Of a stretch of DNA of 64,000 nucleotides, positions 19,196 to 28,532 are shown in pieces. The stretch lies in IMG/VR virus record IMGVR_UViG_3300022698_000267, positions 186,001-250,000 of that record. One strand, given 5' to 3'. Within the stretch, counting starts at the first letter, position 1. The number at the start of each line of letters is the position of its first letter. The translations under genes were made by a program, and so were the position numbers. Under the pieces are notes generated by a model that saw nothing but the letters and a program-made list of their open reading frames with translations, did no database searches and was not told the DNA's origin.

Positions 19196-19435
19196 ATGAT
19201 TATGTATTTTGTAACGGATTTTAATCCAAAGGATGCCGATTTATTTCATAGAGCCGGATCTGAAGACATTCTGGTTTCTTACTGGGTTTTGCAAAGTGGA
19301 AGGGATCCTGAGGGGAAAATCAAGGCCTTTTATGATCAGCTACATGGGTTAAAAGAACCAAAATTGCAATACACTGAAACTGGGGAAGTAATAAAGTCTA
19401 AAAGGGGGAATTCAGATGAAATCGAAGACGATTGA
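19196..19435 (+). CDS. Small protein, possibly the detached N-terminal segment of the TGT-like enzyme
   Basis: MYFV....L..AG...ILVSYW pattern; GGAGG RBS. Confidence 0.5.
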   Translation: MIMYFVTDFNPKDADLFHRAGSEDILVSYWVLQSGRDPEGKIKAFYDQLHGLKEPKLQYTETGEVIKSKRGNSDEIEDD

Positions 19436-19595
19436 AGAAATTCGTAAAGAGATTCGTGAGCTTGAAGAATTAAGAGATTCTGGAAATCCTCCTTCTGATG
19501 AAATTTTTGAAAAATTGGATTCTTTATACAATCAAGAACTGAAACTGTTGGCTACACATATTGATAAGAAGGAGGATAGTTCTAATGAAAGTTAA
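19416..19595 (+). CDS. Small coiled-coil protein (59 aa; below the ORF-track cutoff)
   Basis: Hand-translated MKSKTIEEIRKEIRELEEL...SSNES*; fills the gap and overlaps both neighbours. Confidence 0.6.
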   Translation: MKSKTIEEIRKEIRELEELRDSGNPPSDEIFEKLDSLYNQELKLLATHIDKKEDSSNES

Positions 19596-20616
19596 GGACT
19601 TGAAAAGCATATGTCAGAAGTTACGTCCTGGTTTAGATAGACAGAAGTCTTTGATAGAGCATTTCAGACATATCTGTTTTACTGGAAAACGAATTATTAC
19701 ATTCAATGAAAGAATCTGTGTTGCATATCCATTTGAAACAAGTTTTTCATGTTCGGTTTCTGGACACGATTTTATTAATATGATTTCTAATCTTCCTCAG
19801 AATGAAGACATAGTTATTCGAATGGTCAAAGATATGCTGCGAATTCGTGGTGAAGGCACTAGTATTAAGATGTCTACTTACAATGACCAGAAACTTTCAG
19901 GTATATATGAAGATGCTTTCAATAAAGATTTTGAATGGCTGCCTCTTCCAGAAGATTTTATGGAAGCAATTAACCTATGTCATTTCACAGTTGCCAAAGA
20001 TTTAACCAGGCAATATCTTAACTACATCAAAATATCTGCTTCTGATGTAACAAGTTCTGATAATTTAAGAATTTCTAAATATAACTTAAAATCTGCAGTA
20101 GAAAAAGACTTTTTTATCCCAGGTAACGTTTGTAAACCTCTGCTACAGTACAAGGTTACTTCTTTTTGTATATCCGAGCCTTGGTTAGGATTTAAGACCG
20201 ACGATGATATTGAATTCTTTTGCAGAACTTCTGATATTGAATATCCAGATGTTTCTGCTCTATTTGAATTCGAAGGTGAAACTTTTAATCTGCCCACCGA
20301 ATTAAAAGCCATAGTTGAATCATTAACAGTTGTAACAGAGGAGGATTTTTTAACGGACAGACACATGACGGTGACTATAAAGGACAATATAGTATCCTGT
20401 TTTGTCGAGAAAGAGACTGTGTCGGCAAATAGGTGGGTTGAAACCGATATTAACAGGGAATTGTCATTTGTAATTAACCCAGTATTCTTCAATGAAATAT
20501 TGGAGAAAACCCGAACCATAAAGATTTCAGAAGGGAGAGCTCTCTTTATGGCGGGTAATTTCAATCATCTTCTAGCGCTTCCGGTTAAGAGTAAAGGAGA
20601 AAGTAATGATTCTTAG
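19585..20616 (+). CDS. DNA polymerase sliding clamp (beta-clamp-like); start moved to ATG 19585
   Basis: ~340 aa, alternating beta/alpha pattern, SSDNLRIS and EYPDVSALF segments typical of DnaN-like clamps; lies next to pol and clamp loader. Confidence 0.65.
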   Translation: MKVKDLKSICQKLRPGLDRQKSLIEHFRHICFTGKRIITFNERICVAYPFETSFSCSVSGHDFINMISNLPQNEDIVIRMVKDMLRIRGEGTSIKMSTYNDQKLSGIYEDAFNKDFEWLPLPEDFMEAINLCHFTVAKDLTRQYLNYIKISASDVTSSDNLRISKYNLKSAVEKDFFIPGNVCKPLLQYKVTSFCISEPWLGFKTDDDIEFFCRTSDIEYPDVSALFEFEGETFNLPTELKAIVESLTVVTEEDFLTDRHMTVTIKDNIVSCFVEKETVSANRWVETDINRELSFVINPVFFNEILEKTRTIKISEGRALFMAGNFNHLLALPVKSKGESNDS

Positions 20617-23347
20617 TACTGAAGGTTTCTTCTTTAAAGAACCAACCTTGGCGGAGAAAAAAGCGGCTAGGAAGAGGGATTACAGTAAAGGTAATTCATC
20701 CAAGCCAAAGAAAAAAAGAGCAGCTTCTGGAAGTACAAAAACTGTTGATCAAAAATTGAAAGATAATCCTTGTGAAGTTTGTGGTCTTTACAAGAAAGGA
20801 TGTGAATCTCCATTCATGCAGTATACAGGAGAAGGAAGAACAAAAGCCCTTATTATTGGGGAAGCTCCAGGTGCTGCAGAAGACGCAAAGTGGAAAAAAT
20901 TGGGATATGATGTTCCAACTCAGTTTATTGGTGATGCTGGACAACTTCTTAGAAAGGAACTTCGTCTTCTTGGGTATAATCTGGATAAAGATTTTTGGAA
21001 GGTAAATGCTTGTAATTGTAGACCTCCTGGGAATGCCACACCAACTACCAAACAATTGAAAGCCTGTTGGAATTTCATAGTAGAACCAACCATTAAAAAG
21101 TTGAAACCAAAGGTCATTTTTCTAATGGGAGGAGCAGCAGTTGCTCAATACTTTGCAAAAATCTCTGGAAGTAAGAATGTTCTTGGTATAAATAGATGGA
21201 GAAGGCTTTGTATTCCAGATTTGGATTACGATGTTTGGGTAGTTCCTCTATTTCATCCGTCTTTCATTTTAAGGAAAAGAAATGATGCAAATCTAAAATC
21301 GGTTTATCAAAGAGATTTAAAATTTGCAATTTCTGCCATTTCTAAACCAAAGATTGAAAGAATTGATTATGAATCTAAAGTAGAAATTGTAAAAGATTTT
21401 GATAGAGTCTGTGAGGTTTTAATAGAAGCTAGAAAACAGAAGTTTATAGTTTTCGATTTTGAAACCTCTGGAAAGAAACCTTATGATTCTAAACATAGAA
21501 TATGGTCTATGTCTTTAGCTTGGAACAGAGAAAAGGCCTATTCTTTTGCTTATCAATATCCTGGATGTTGGACAGATGAGCAATTAAAAACAATTCAGAT
21601 ATTAGTTGCTGAATTATTAAATGATGAAAATGTTTTAAAAGGTGCACACAACCTGAAGTTCGAGCATCTTTGGTCTTGTAAATTCTTTACGGAACCGAAG
21701 AATTGGATTTGGTGTACTATGTTAACTGCTCATATTTTAGATAATAGGGGTGGTATTAGTGGATTAAAATTTCAGGTTTTCTATAGATATGGAATTCCAG
21801 ATTATGGAGCTAGTCTACATCAACTTATGATAAAGAAGGATCAGAATGGATTAAATCTATTGTATAAAGCTGATCTGGATGAATTGCTATTATATGGTGG
21901 ATTAGACAGTTTGTTCACTTTCATGCTGTTTGAGGATCAAAAATTAGAGCTCAGACGTTATAAGAATACGTTAAATATGGCTCATCCATTTTTTCATAAA
22001 GGCATTCTGGCTTTAGCAAGGGCTGAAATGAATGGATTTAATGTATCCATGGATTTTTATGAAGAAAAAGATGGAGAGCTTGCTGACCAGATTGCAGAAA
22101 TAGAGCATCGATTAGTTAATGGAGATTATGGTTCCAAATTTAGAGAGATAGAAGGAAAGGATATAAATCCCAGATCTACTTCCGATATTAAAAAGTTATT
22201 CTTTGATATTCTAAATATGAAACCTTTGAGAATGACTGACAAAGGGAATCCTGCTTTAGATAAATCTTGTATGGAAGAATGGAATCTACCATTTACCAAT
22301 GACATTCTACAGTTGAGGATGTTGGAGAAGATAAAAGGGACATATCTGGCTCAGTTTAAAAGAGAGGTTAATGAAGATGGAAGAATACACCCAAACTTTA
22401 ATCTTCACATTCCAAGGACTTATAGATCTAGCTCCAATGAACCAAATTTTCAGAACATTCCGGTTCGCAGCAAATTAGCAAAGGAAGTTACTAGAGGAGG
22501 AATAATTCCAAGTCCTGGTAACAGACTAATGGAAGGTGACTTTGGTAGCCTTGAAGTTAGAATTTCTGCTTGTTATCATAAAGATCCCAATATGTTAACG
22601 TACATCAATGATCCCACTACTGATATGCATAGGGATAGTGCAGCTGATATTTGGCTGCTAGAAACAGATGAAGTTTCAAAAGATATTCGATTTTATGCTA
22701 AAAATGGTTGGGTTTTCCCACAGTTCTATGGTGATTGGTATGATTCTTGTGCAAGGGGATTATGGGGTAATTGCTTAGAATTACAAACGGAAAGAAATAT
22801 AAGTTTATATGATCATATTAGGTCTAAAGGAATTAAAAATCTGGAAGATTTTATTGCTCATTGTAAAGATGTGGAAGACAAATTTTGGAACGTTCGTTTT
22901 AAAGTCTATAAAAAATGGAAGGATAAGATTAATAAGCAGTATAGAGATCAGGGTTACATAGAAACATACTTTGGTTTTCGTCTCGGTGGATACATGGGGA
23001 AGAAGGATGTTACTAATTATCCTATACAAAGCAGTGCTTTCCATTGTCTTCTATGGTCATTCATTAGGGCAGATGAAATAGCTCGTAAAGAAAGATGGAA
23101 GAGTAAGTTGATTGGTCAAATTCATGATAGTATTATAGCCGATTTGCATCCTGATGAAACGTATCATGTCATTGACACTTTGAATAATATTATGAATGTT
23201 CAAATGCGAGAAGAGCTTCCCTGGATTATTGTTCCTTTGGAAGTGGACTTTGAACTAACTGGAATAGATCAACCATGGTCAACGAAGGACGATTTTGATC
23301 TATCGCAATTATCAATTAAAAAAGAGGAAGAGGAGATGATGCTATGA
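20606..23347 (+). CDS. polA: Family A DNA polymerase with N-terminal family-4 uracil-DNA glycosylase domain and 3'-5' exonuclease
   Basis: UDG: CEVC, GEAPG, CRPPGN, HPS; exo: DFETSG, HNLKFE; pol: DFGSLEVR, KNG..FPQFYG, QIHDS. Confidence 0.95.
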   Translation: MILSTEGFFFKEPTLAEKKAARKRDYSKGNSSKPKKKRAASGSTKTVDQKLKDNPCEVCGLYKKGCESPFMQYTGEGRTKALIIGEAPGAAEDAKWKKLGYDVPTQFIGDAGQLLRKELRLLGYNLDKDFWKVNACNCRPPGNATPTTKQLKACWNFIVEPTIKKLKPKVIFLMGGAAVAQYFAKISGSKNVLGINRWRRLCIPDLDYDVWVVPLFHPSFILRKRNDANLKSVYQRDLKFAISAISKPKIERIDYESKVEIVKDFDRVCEVLIEARKQKFIVFDFETSGKKPYDSKHRIWSMSLAWNREKAYSFAYQYPGCWTDEQLKTIQILVAELLNDENVLKGAHNLKFEHLWSCKFFTEPKNWIWCTMLTAHILDNRGGISGLKFQVFYRYGIPDYGASLHQLMIKKDQNGLNLLYKADLDELLLYGGLDSLFTFMLFEDQKLELRRYKNTLNMAHPFFHKGILALARAEMNGFNVSMDFYEEKDGELADQIAEIEHRLVNGDYGSKFREIEGKDINPRSTSDIKKLFFDILNMKPLRMTDKGNPALDKSCMEEWNLPFTNDILQLRMLEKIKGTYLAQFKREVNEDGRIHPNFNLHIPRTYRSSSNEPNFQNIPVRSKLAKEVTRGGIIPSPGNRLMEGDFGSLEVRISACYHKDPNMLTYINDPTTDMHRDSAADIWLLETDEVSKDIRFYAKNGWVFPQFYGDWYDSCARGLWGNCLELQTERNISLYDHIRSKGIKNLEDFIAHCKDVEDKFWNVRFKVYKKWKDKINKQYRDQGYIETYFGFRLGGYMGKKDVTNYPIQSSAFHCLLWSFIRADEIARKERWKSKLIGQIHDSIIADLHPDETYHVIDTLNNIMNVQMREELPWIIVPLEVDFELTGIDQPWSTKDDFDLSQLSIKKEEEEMML

Positions 23348-24288
23348 GCGAAGGACCATTACAGATTTCGTGTCGACCAGATACTTTCGAAGATTTTGCA
23401 GGAAACAAGGGAACTGTTGCTTCTTTAAAAAGCGTATTAGAAAGAGAAGAAGGAAAAATCCCAAAATGTCTTTTATTTCATGGTCCTAGTGGTTGTGGAA
23501 AAACTACTTTAGTTCGAATTATTAGGGACAAAATTGGAACTCACGTAGACGATTTTGTGGAAATTAATGCCGCTCAGAATAGAGGCATTAATGAGATGAA
23601 ACAGATATTGGTCGAAGCTCCCTATTTTCCATTGCATGGTAAAAGTAAAATATACATGTTTGATGAAGCACATATGCTTACCCCAGAGGCCCAAAATAGT
23701 TTACTGAAATTTTTGGAAGAGCCTCCCAAACATGTCTATATAGCTTTATGTACTACTGAACCTCAAAAGCTATTAAAAACCATGCGAACTAGAAGTACGG
23801 CTTTTGTGGTTAAAAAGCAACCACTTCCAACAATAATGAAATTGTTAATGTGGGCTTGTAAAAGAAATGATCTTGCTATTTCAAAGGTTATTCTTAGAAA
23901 GATAGCAACTGTTGCTGATGGTTGTCCAAGACAGGCACTTGTGATTTTAGATTCTATCTATTCTTTGACAGATGAAGAACAAATTTTGGATGTAATCGAG
24001 ACTTATAGCGAAGTTGGAGAGCTTTTGTCTGCTAATACCCTAGAACTTTGTCAAGCCTTACTGGCGCAAAGAAAGTGGGATGTTGTTTCAAAAATACTAA
24101 ATAATGTTGAGGGGGAACCAGAAAATATCCGTTATGGAATTCTAGCCTATATGACTAAAGTTTTGCTTGGTGGAGATGAGCCACTAGCAGCTGCAGTTAT
24201 TGAACAATGTAGAGGATCTTATATGTACACAAAGAAAGCAGGATTAGTGTACGATTGCTATATGATTACTACTCTTGGAGATGAATAA
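23344..24288 (+). CDS. Clamp loader AAA+ subunit (DnaX/RFC-like)
   Basis: GPSGCGKT, DEAHML, LLKFLEEPP, CTTE, GCPRQAL. Confidence 0.9.
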   Translation: MSEGPLQISCRPDTFEDFAGNKGTVASLKSVLEREEGKIPKCLLFHGPSGCGKTTLVRIIRDKIGTHVDDFVEINAAQNRGINEMKQILVEAPYFPLHGKSKIYMFDEAHMLTPEAQNSLLKFLEEPPKHVYIALCTTEPQKLLKTMRTRSTAFVVKKQPLPTIMKLLMWACKRNDLAISKVILRKIATVADGCPRQALVILDSIYSLTDEEQILDVIETYSEVGELLSANTLELCQALLAQRKWDVVSKILNNVEGEPENIRYGILAYMTKVLLGGDEPLAAAVIEQCRGSYMYTKKAGLVYDCYMITTLGDE

Positions 24289-24844
24289 AGTGGCAGATGT
24301 TGACACAGATTCCTACGAATTTATGCAAACTACCTATAAAGAAGATCTCTTTATAGATAAGTATAATTTAGATATCGAGTGGTTGAAACAGCCTATGTTA
24401 TTTGTTAAATGGGCTGAAAGGTGGGCGGAGGCTGTAGAAAGGAGGGATAGAGCCAAGCAGTACTTAGAAGTTATTAAAGCGGAGATGTATACGAAGATCA
24501 AGAAAGATCCAGATGTGTATGGACTTCCGGATAAACCAACGGAAGGTGCAACTAATGCAATAGTTACCAAAAGTAAAAAATACAGATCAGCCTTCGAAGA
24601 TTATTTGGATCTAAATGGTCAGGTTAATGTTTTGGCTAGCGCAAAAGAAGCTATGAACCATAAGAAAAGGGCTTTGGAATACGTTAGTCAATTGATGCTC
24701 GGAGGCTTTTATTCAAATCCGAATATTAAAGCCGAAGCAAGACAAAAAGTAGAAAATGAGAAAGGTTCAGAAATTAGAGGGCACATCAAAGACTCGAATA
24801 GGATGCAGGCGCGAAGCCAATTAACCGATACCGAGAATGAATAG
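24281..24844 (+). CDS. uvsY: UvsY-like recombination mediator
   Basis: Helical protein with DLFIDKYNLDIEW and KPTEGA segments; lies before the SSB. Confidence 0.55.
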   Translation: MNKVADVDTDSYEFMQTTYKEDLFIDKYNLDIEWLKQPMLFVKWAERWAEAVERRDRAKQYLEVIKAEMYTKIKKDPDVYGLPDKPTEGATNAIVTKSKKYRSAFEDYLDLNGQVNVLASAKEAMNHKKRALEYVSQLMLGGFYSNPNIKAEARQKVENEKGSEIRGHIKDSNRMQARSQLTDTENE

Positions 24845-24891
24845 TGTCTAGAAATTAGAAGAACCGAGAATTTTGAATAGGAGGTGCTACT

Positions 24892-25917
24892 ATGGCATCA
24901 ATTAGAGAAAAAATGAAGGAAAAGCTCGCCAATCGTGTAAAACAATCTTACAATAGAAGGGAAGGGCAAAATAAGTCCTACTTCAAATCAGACATTGACG
25001 CTAGCTTTTGGAAGGTGTCAGAGGATGATCATATTATTGATATTATCCCTTATCTGGCAGGTGAATTCGATCCATTAACCAAACCTGGCGATCCAACCTA
25101 TGCATTGGAAATTTATGCTCATCAGGGTGTTGGCACAGATGAACGTGCAATGATTTGCATGTTGGAAAATTATGGCAAACCTTGTCCAATCTGTGAGCAT
25201 CGAAAGGAACTGAGAAATCAGTATCCAGATGACAAAGATATGTGGAAACATTTGTATCCCAAACGTAGAATGGTTTACAATATTGTTTGTTACGACTCCA
25301 GAAAAGAAGAGGACAAGGGTGTTCAAATTTGGGAAGTGGCTTGGTGGTTCACTGAAAGGCACTTTGTTAAACTGGCCAGAGAATCGAAGAGACCGGGACA
25401 TGGCGACACTACTTATATTCCTTTCGCTGATCCAGATGATGGAAAAATGATCTCCTTTAGTCGTGAAGGTCAGGGTGCTCAAAATACTTCATTTGTTGCT
25501 CATAAATTTGTTGATAGAGATGTTCCAATTTCCAATGAGATTTTGGATGCAGCACATATCTTGGATGAACTTTTGTATCTACCAACTTACGAAGAAGTTT
25601 ATGAGTTGTATTACCAACAACCCCCTCCTTCTTCTAAAGAGGAAGAAAAACCAGATGGTCCAACTAGGGGAGGTTCTGTGAAACCTGAACCGAAACCTGA
25701 ACCGAAACCTGAACCGAAACCTGAACCGAAACCTGAACCGAAACCTGAACCAAAACCGGAACCGGAACAGAAATCTGAATCTACAACTTCCGATGGTGAA
25801 GAAATTCCTCAATGTCCTGGTGGAGGGGAGTTTGGAGTTCACACTGATGAACTAGATGCTTGTGAGAATTGTAGCCTCTGGCCACCTTGTGCGAAGAAGA
25901 ACGATCAGAACTCATAA
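24892..25917 (+). CDS. gp32-like single-stranded DNA-binding protein with PEPK linker and Cys-rich tail
   Basis: IDIIPY, C...CPICE Zn motif, YNIV, DPDDGKMISFSREG. Confidence 0.75.
   Translation: MASIREKMKEKLANRVKQSYNRREGQNKSYFKSDIDASFWKVSEDDHIIDIIPYLAGEFDPLTKPGDPTYALEIYAHQGVGTDERAMICMLENYGKPCPICEHRKELRNQYPDDKDMWKHLYPKRRMVYNIVCYDSRKEEDKGVQIWEVAWWFTERHFVKLARESKRPGHGDTTYIPFADPDDGKMISFSREGQGAQNTSFVAHKFVDRDVPISNEILDAAHILDELLYLPTYEEVYELYYQQPPPSSKEEEKPDGPTRGGSVKPEPKPEPKPEPKPEPKPEPKPEPKPEPEQKSESTTSDGEEIPQCPGGGEFGVHTDELDACENCSLWPPCAKKNDQNS
25681..25768 (+). repeat. Coding 12-bp tandem repeat (aaacctgaaccg)n encoding (KPEP)n
   Basis: Five perfect units plus degenerate units. Confidence 0.95.
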
Positions 25918-25931
25918 TTTCAAATGTTCTG

Positions 25932-25941
25932 AATACTAAAT
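25932..25941 (+). promoter_or_regulatory. Putative phage promoter motif AATACTAAAT
   Basis: Intergenic, upstream of the metacaspase. Confidence 0.55.
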
Positions 25942-25996
25942 AAATGGTGATATGTCTATTTTGCGTATCACCATTTTTATTTACGGGGGAATTACG

Positions 25997-26857
25997 ATGA
26001 AAAAGGCATTATTAGTTGGTATAAACGAATATCAAGGGTCTCCTTTAAAGGGGTGTGTCAACGATTGTTTGTTGATGTATAAAATGCTCACCGAAGAATT
26101 TGATTTTGAAACCAAGGACATTAAACTGCTTACAGACCATGAGGCCACACAAGACAGAATATTGCTTGGTTTGTCAGCTTTGACGAGTGATGTACAACCA
26201 GGCGACACTATATACTTCCATTACAGTGGACATGGTTCTCAGGTGGCAGTAAATGATTGGACAGATAACTTTGAACCTGATGGAAGGGATGAGATTTTAT
26301 GTCCTGTGAATTTAAATTGGGATTTTCCTCTTAGAGACCAGATGGTTGGCAGTTTTTTCAAAGATTTACCAAAGGAAGTAAATGTGGTTGTTGTTTTGGA
26401 TTGTTGTCATTCTGGTACTGGTCTCAGGGCTCCAATTAATTCAAATTTAGATGGACCAAAGTGGTTAGCAAACCGGTTTTTGCCACCTCCCCCATCTAAA
26501 CTTCTTTCTAATCCATTAATTCGAGTTGATGCAGACATGAATTTTATACTTCCAGAACCAACTGAGGATCTTAGATCTATAAAGCGTCCTTTCTTGGTTG
26601 ATACAGTAGAACAGGGACATGTCATTTTAATTACTGGTTGTCAAGACAATCAGACTAGTGCAGACGCATATCTAGCAGGTACTTATCGTGGAGCTTTAAC
26701 TTATTGTCTATACTACGTCCTTTCAAAAAGGAAATTTAACATGAGTTATGAAAAACTAGTCATAGAGATCAATCGTTTGTTAGATAATAAACGATATGAC
26801 CAAAATCCACAATTAGAATGTCTTCCTGAATACAAAAACAGAAAATTTTTGGGATAG
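25997..26857 (+). CDS. Caspase-like peptidase C14 (metacaspase); start moved to ATG 25997
   Basis: KKALLVGIN, LKGCVND, HYSGHG (His), DCCHSG (Cys), QTSADA, GALT, QNPQL. Confidence 0.93.
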   Translation: MKKALLVGINEYQGSPLKGCVNDCLLMYKMLTEEFDFETKDIKLLTDHEATQDRILLGLSALTSDVQPGDTIYFHYSGHGSQVAVNDWTDNFEPDGRDEILCPVNLNWDFPLRDQMVGSFFKDLPKEVNVVVVLDCCHSGTGLRAPINSNLDGPKWLANRFLPPPPSKLLSNPLIRVDADMNFILPEPTEDLRSIKRPFLVDTVEQGHVILITGCQDNQTSADAYLAGTYRGALTYCLYYVLSKRKFNMSYEKLVIEINRLLDNKRYDQNPQLECLPEYKNRKFLG

Positions 26858-26865
26858 GAGGACTC

Positions 26866-28020
26866 ATGGCAGAATCTAAATTAAAAAGAGATAAAAGGCA
26901 GAAGTTAAAAGAAGGCTTAGCCGGAGCAGAGGAAGTGACTAAAAAAGAAGAAGCTAAAGCAAAAGCGGCTATTGACAAAAAGACCAAAGAACAAATGCAA
27001 GAAATTGTTGATGAAGTCATTGAAACTTCTATCGAACAAGACATCAGCGATTTAAACGAACCCATACCTTTGGAAGAAGATTACTTAGTTTCTACTGGAT
27101 CCACTTTATTGGATCTTAATATTTGTGGAAGTAGGATTAGAGGTGGGGGAATACCTGCAGGTATTCTATGTGAATTCTTCGGTCCAAGTGGATGTGGAAA
27201 AACAGCTGTTCTTTCTGAAATAGCTACTAGTACACAAGTTAGAGGTGGAAGTGTACTTTATGCTGATCCAGAAGCTCGTTTGGATAGAAATTATGCTGAA
27301 ACGTATGGGTTGAAAATCAATGAAGATGAGTATTCACGTCCAGATACGGTTTCACAACTCTTCGAAGTTCTTTGGGGTTGGAAGCCAAAGAATCCGAATG
27401 TGATAAATACGATTGCTTCAGATTCTCTTGCAGCTCTTTCCACAGAATTAGAAATGGATTCAGCAGACAAAATGGGGATGAGAAGAGCAAAAGAGTTCTC
27501 AGAAGGTCTTAGAAAGACGTGTAGGATCATTAAGAACAAAAAGTATATCATAGCATGCTCGAATCAAATTCGGGGTGGTACAGGGGGTACAGTAACTCCA
27601 GGAGGAAATGCAGTGCCTTTCTATGCTTCACTTCGAGTTTCCATGTGGCCTTTACATTCTGAGAAAGTGCAAATAACCAAGGAACTTCCTAGCGGAAAAA
27701 GGGTTCCCAGAGTTATTGGTATTAAATCTTCCTGCGAAATTATTAAATCTTCAATTGATAATCCTTTTAGGACATGCGACATTTACATTATTTTTAATCA
27801 TGGAATTGATGACATTCGAGGAAATTTACAATGGAGGAAAGATGTTACTGGTGATACCAAGTATGATGTCTTCGATAAAGGTTATGTAGCAATGAATGAT
27901 GCTATTAGATACATCGAAGCTCAGGATTATGAAGACAAACTTAGAGAGGAGGTGATAGATCTTTGGGAAGAAATTGAAAAGAAATTTGTGATTACTCGGA
28001 AGAAAAAGAAACGTAGATAG
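26866..28020 (+). CDS. recA: RecA/UvsX recombinase
   Basis: STGSTLLD, GPSGCGKT, DSLAAL, NQIR, TPGGNAVPFYAS. Confidence 0.93.
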   Translation: MAESKLKRDKRQKLKEGLAGAEEVTKKEEAKAKAAIDKKTKEQMQEIVDEVIETSIEQDISDLNEPIPLEEDYLVSTGSTLLDLNICGSRIRGGGIPAGILCEFFGPSGCGKTAVLSEIATSTQVRGGSVLYADPEARLDRNYAETYGLKINEDEYSRPDTVSQLFEVLWGWKPKNPNVINTIASDSLAALSTELEMDSADKMGMRRAKEFSEGLRKTCRIIKNKKYIIACSNQIRGGTGGTVTPGGNAVPFYASLRVSMWPLHSEKVQITKELPSGKRVPRVIGIKSSCEIIKSSIDNPFRTCDIYIIFNHGIDDIRGNLQWRKDVTGDTKYDVFDKGYVAMNDAIRYIEAQDYEDKLREEVIDLWEEIEKKFVITRKKKKRR

Positions 28021-28059
28021 AAGTATGCAATCGACGGTACTTCAAAGATTGAGAAGGAG

Positions 28060-28521
28060 TTGATTATGGCAGTGTTTGGAATTGGTGCAAGATACGATAC
28101 TCAGTGGGTTCACGAAGATTTTATTAGGAACAATATTGCATGTATCGGTCATGAAGAAGAAAATGCTCCAGAAATATATCGAGATTTTCGAAGGATTACC
28201 AATGGTGATATCATATACATGAAGTCATTGGGTCCTAGATCCGATAAATTGTGTATCATGGGAGTAGGAATTGTTACAAACTCTAAAGTTCAAGAATTTT
28301 ATGAGGGCAAAGGCAAAGATAAAATCTACTGGGGAAATGGTGTTAAGGTCTGGTGGATTTGGACAGAAGAGATTTACTTTAAAACAAATCCAGAACGTGA
28401 TTATCATTGGCATAGGCGATTAGGCACTTTTTATGAAGAATGTAACCCTAAAATTCATCGTAAAGTGATCCGACTTCTTTTAAAACCAAGAGGTCAATGT
28501 CCTAAAGGCTTATTCACCTAG
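28060..28521 (+). CDS. EVE/PUA-like domain protein (resembles N-terminal domains of McrB-type enzymes)
   Basis: NNIACIGH, FRRITNGDIIYMK, IMGVGIV, VKVWW pattern. Confidence 0.4.
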   Translation: MIMAVFGIGARYDTQWVHEDFIRNNIACIGHEEENAPEIYRDFRRITNGDIIYMKSLGPRSDKLCIMGVGIVTNSKVQEFYEGKGKDKIYWGNGVKVWWIWTEEIYFKTNPERDYHWHRRLGTFYEECNPKIHRKVIRLLLKPRGQCPKGLFT

Positions 28522-28532
28522 AACAGTAACTA

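Noticed and set aside
12527-19435. Ordinary host tRNA queuosine operon
   Set aside because: No queF/queA/queG, the TGT-like protein lacks the C-terminal Zn-binding tRNA domain, and the context is a phage replisome.
20022-20564. Long antisense ORFs (also 58693-59232, 36406-36939, 45721-46122, 25075-25482 and many 60-130 aa ones)
   Set aside because: They lie fully opposite or inside well-supported genes, with shadow-like composition and no motifs.
25681-25768. CRISPR array or non-coding repeat
   Set aside because: 12-bp unit without spacers, in frame within the SSB; the RFRF ORF at 25579-25842 (-) is only its antisense reading.
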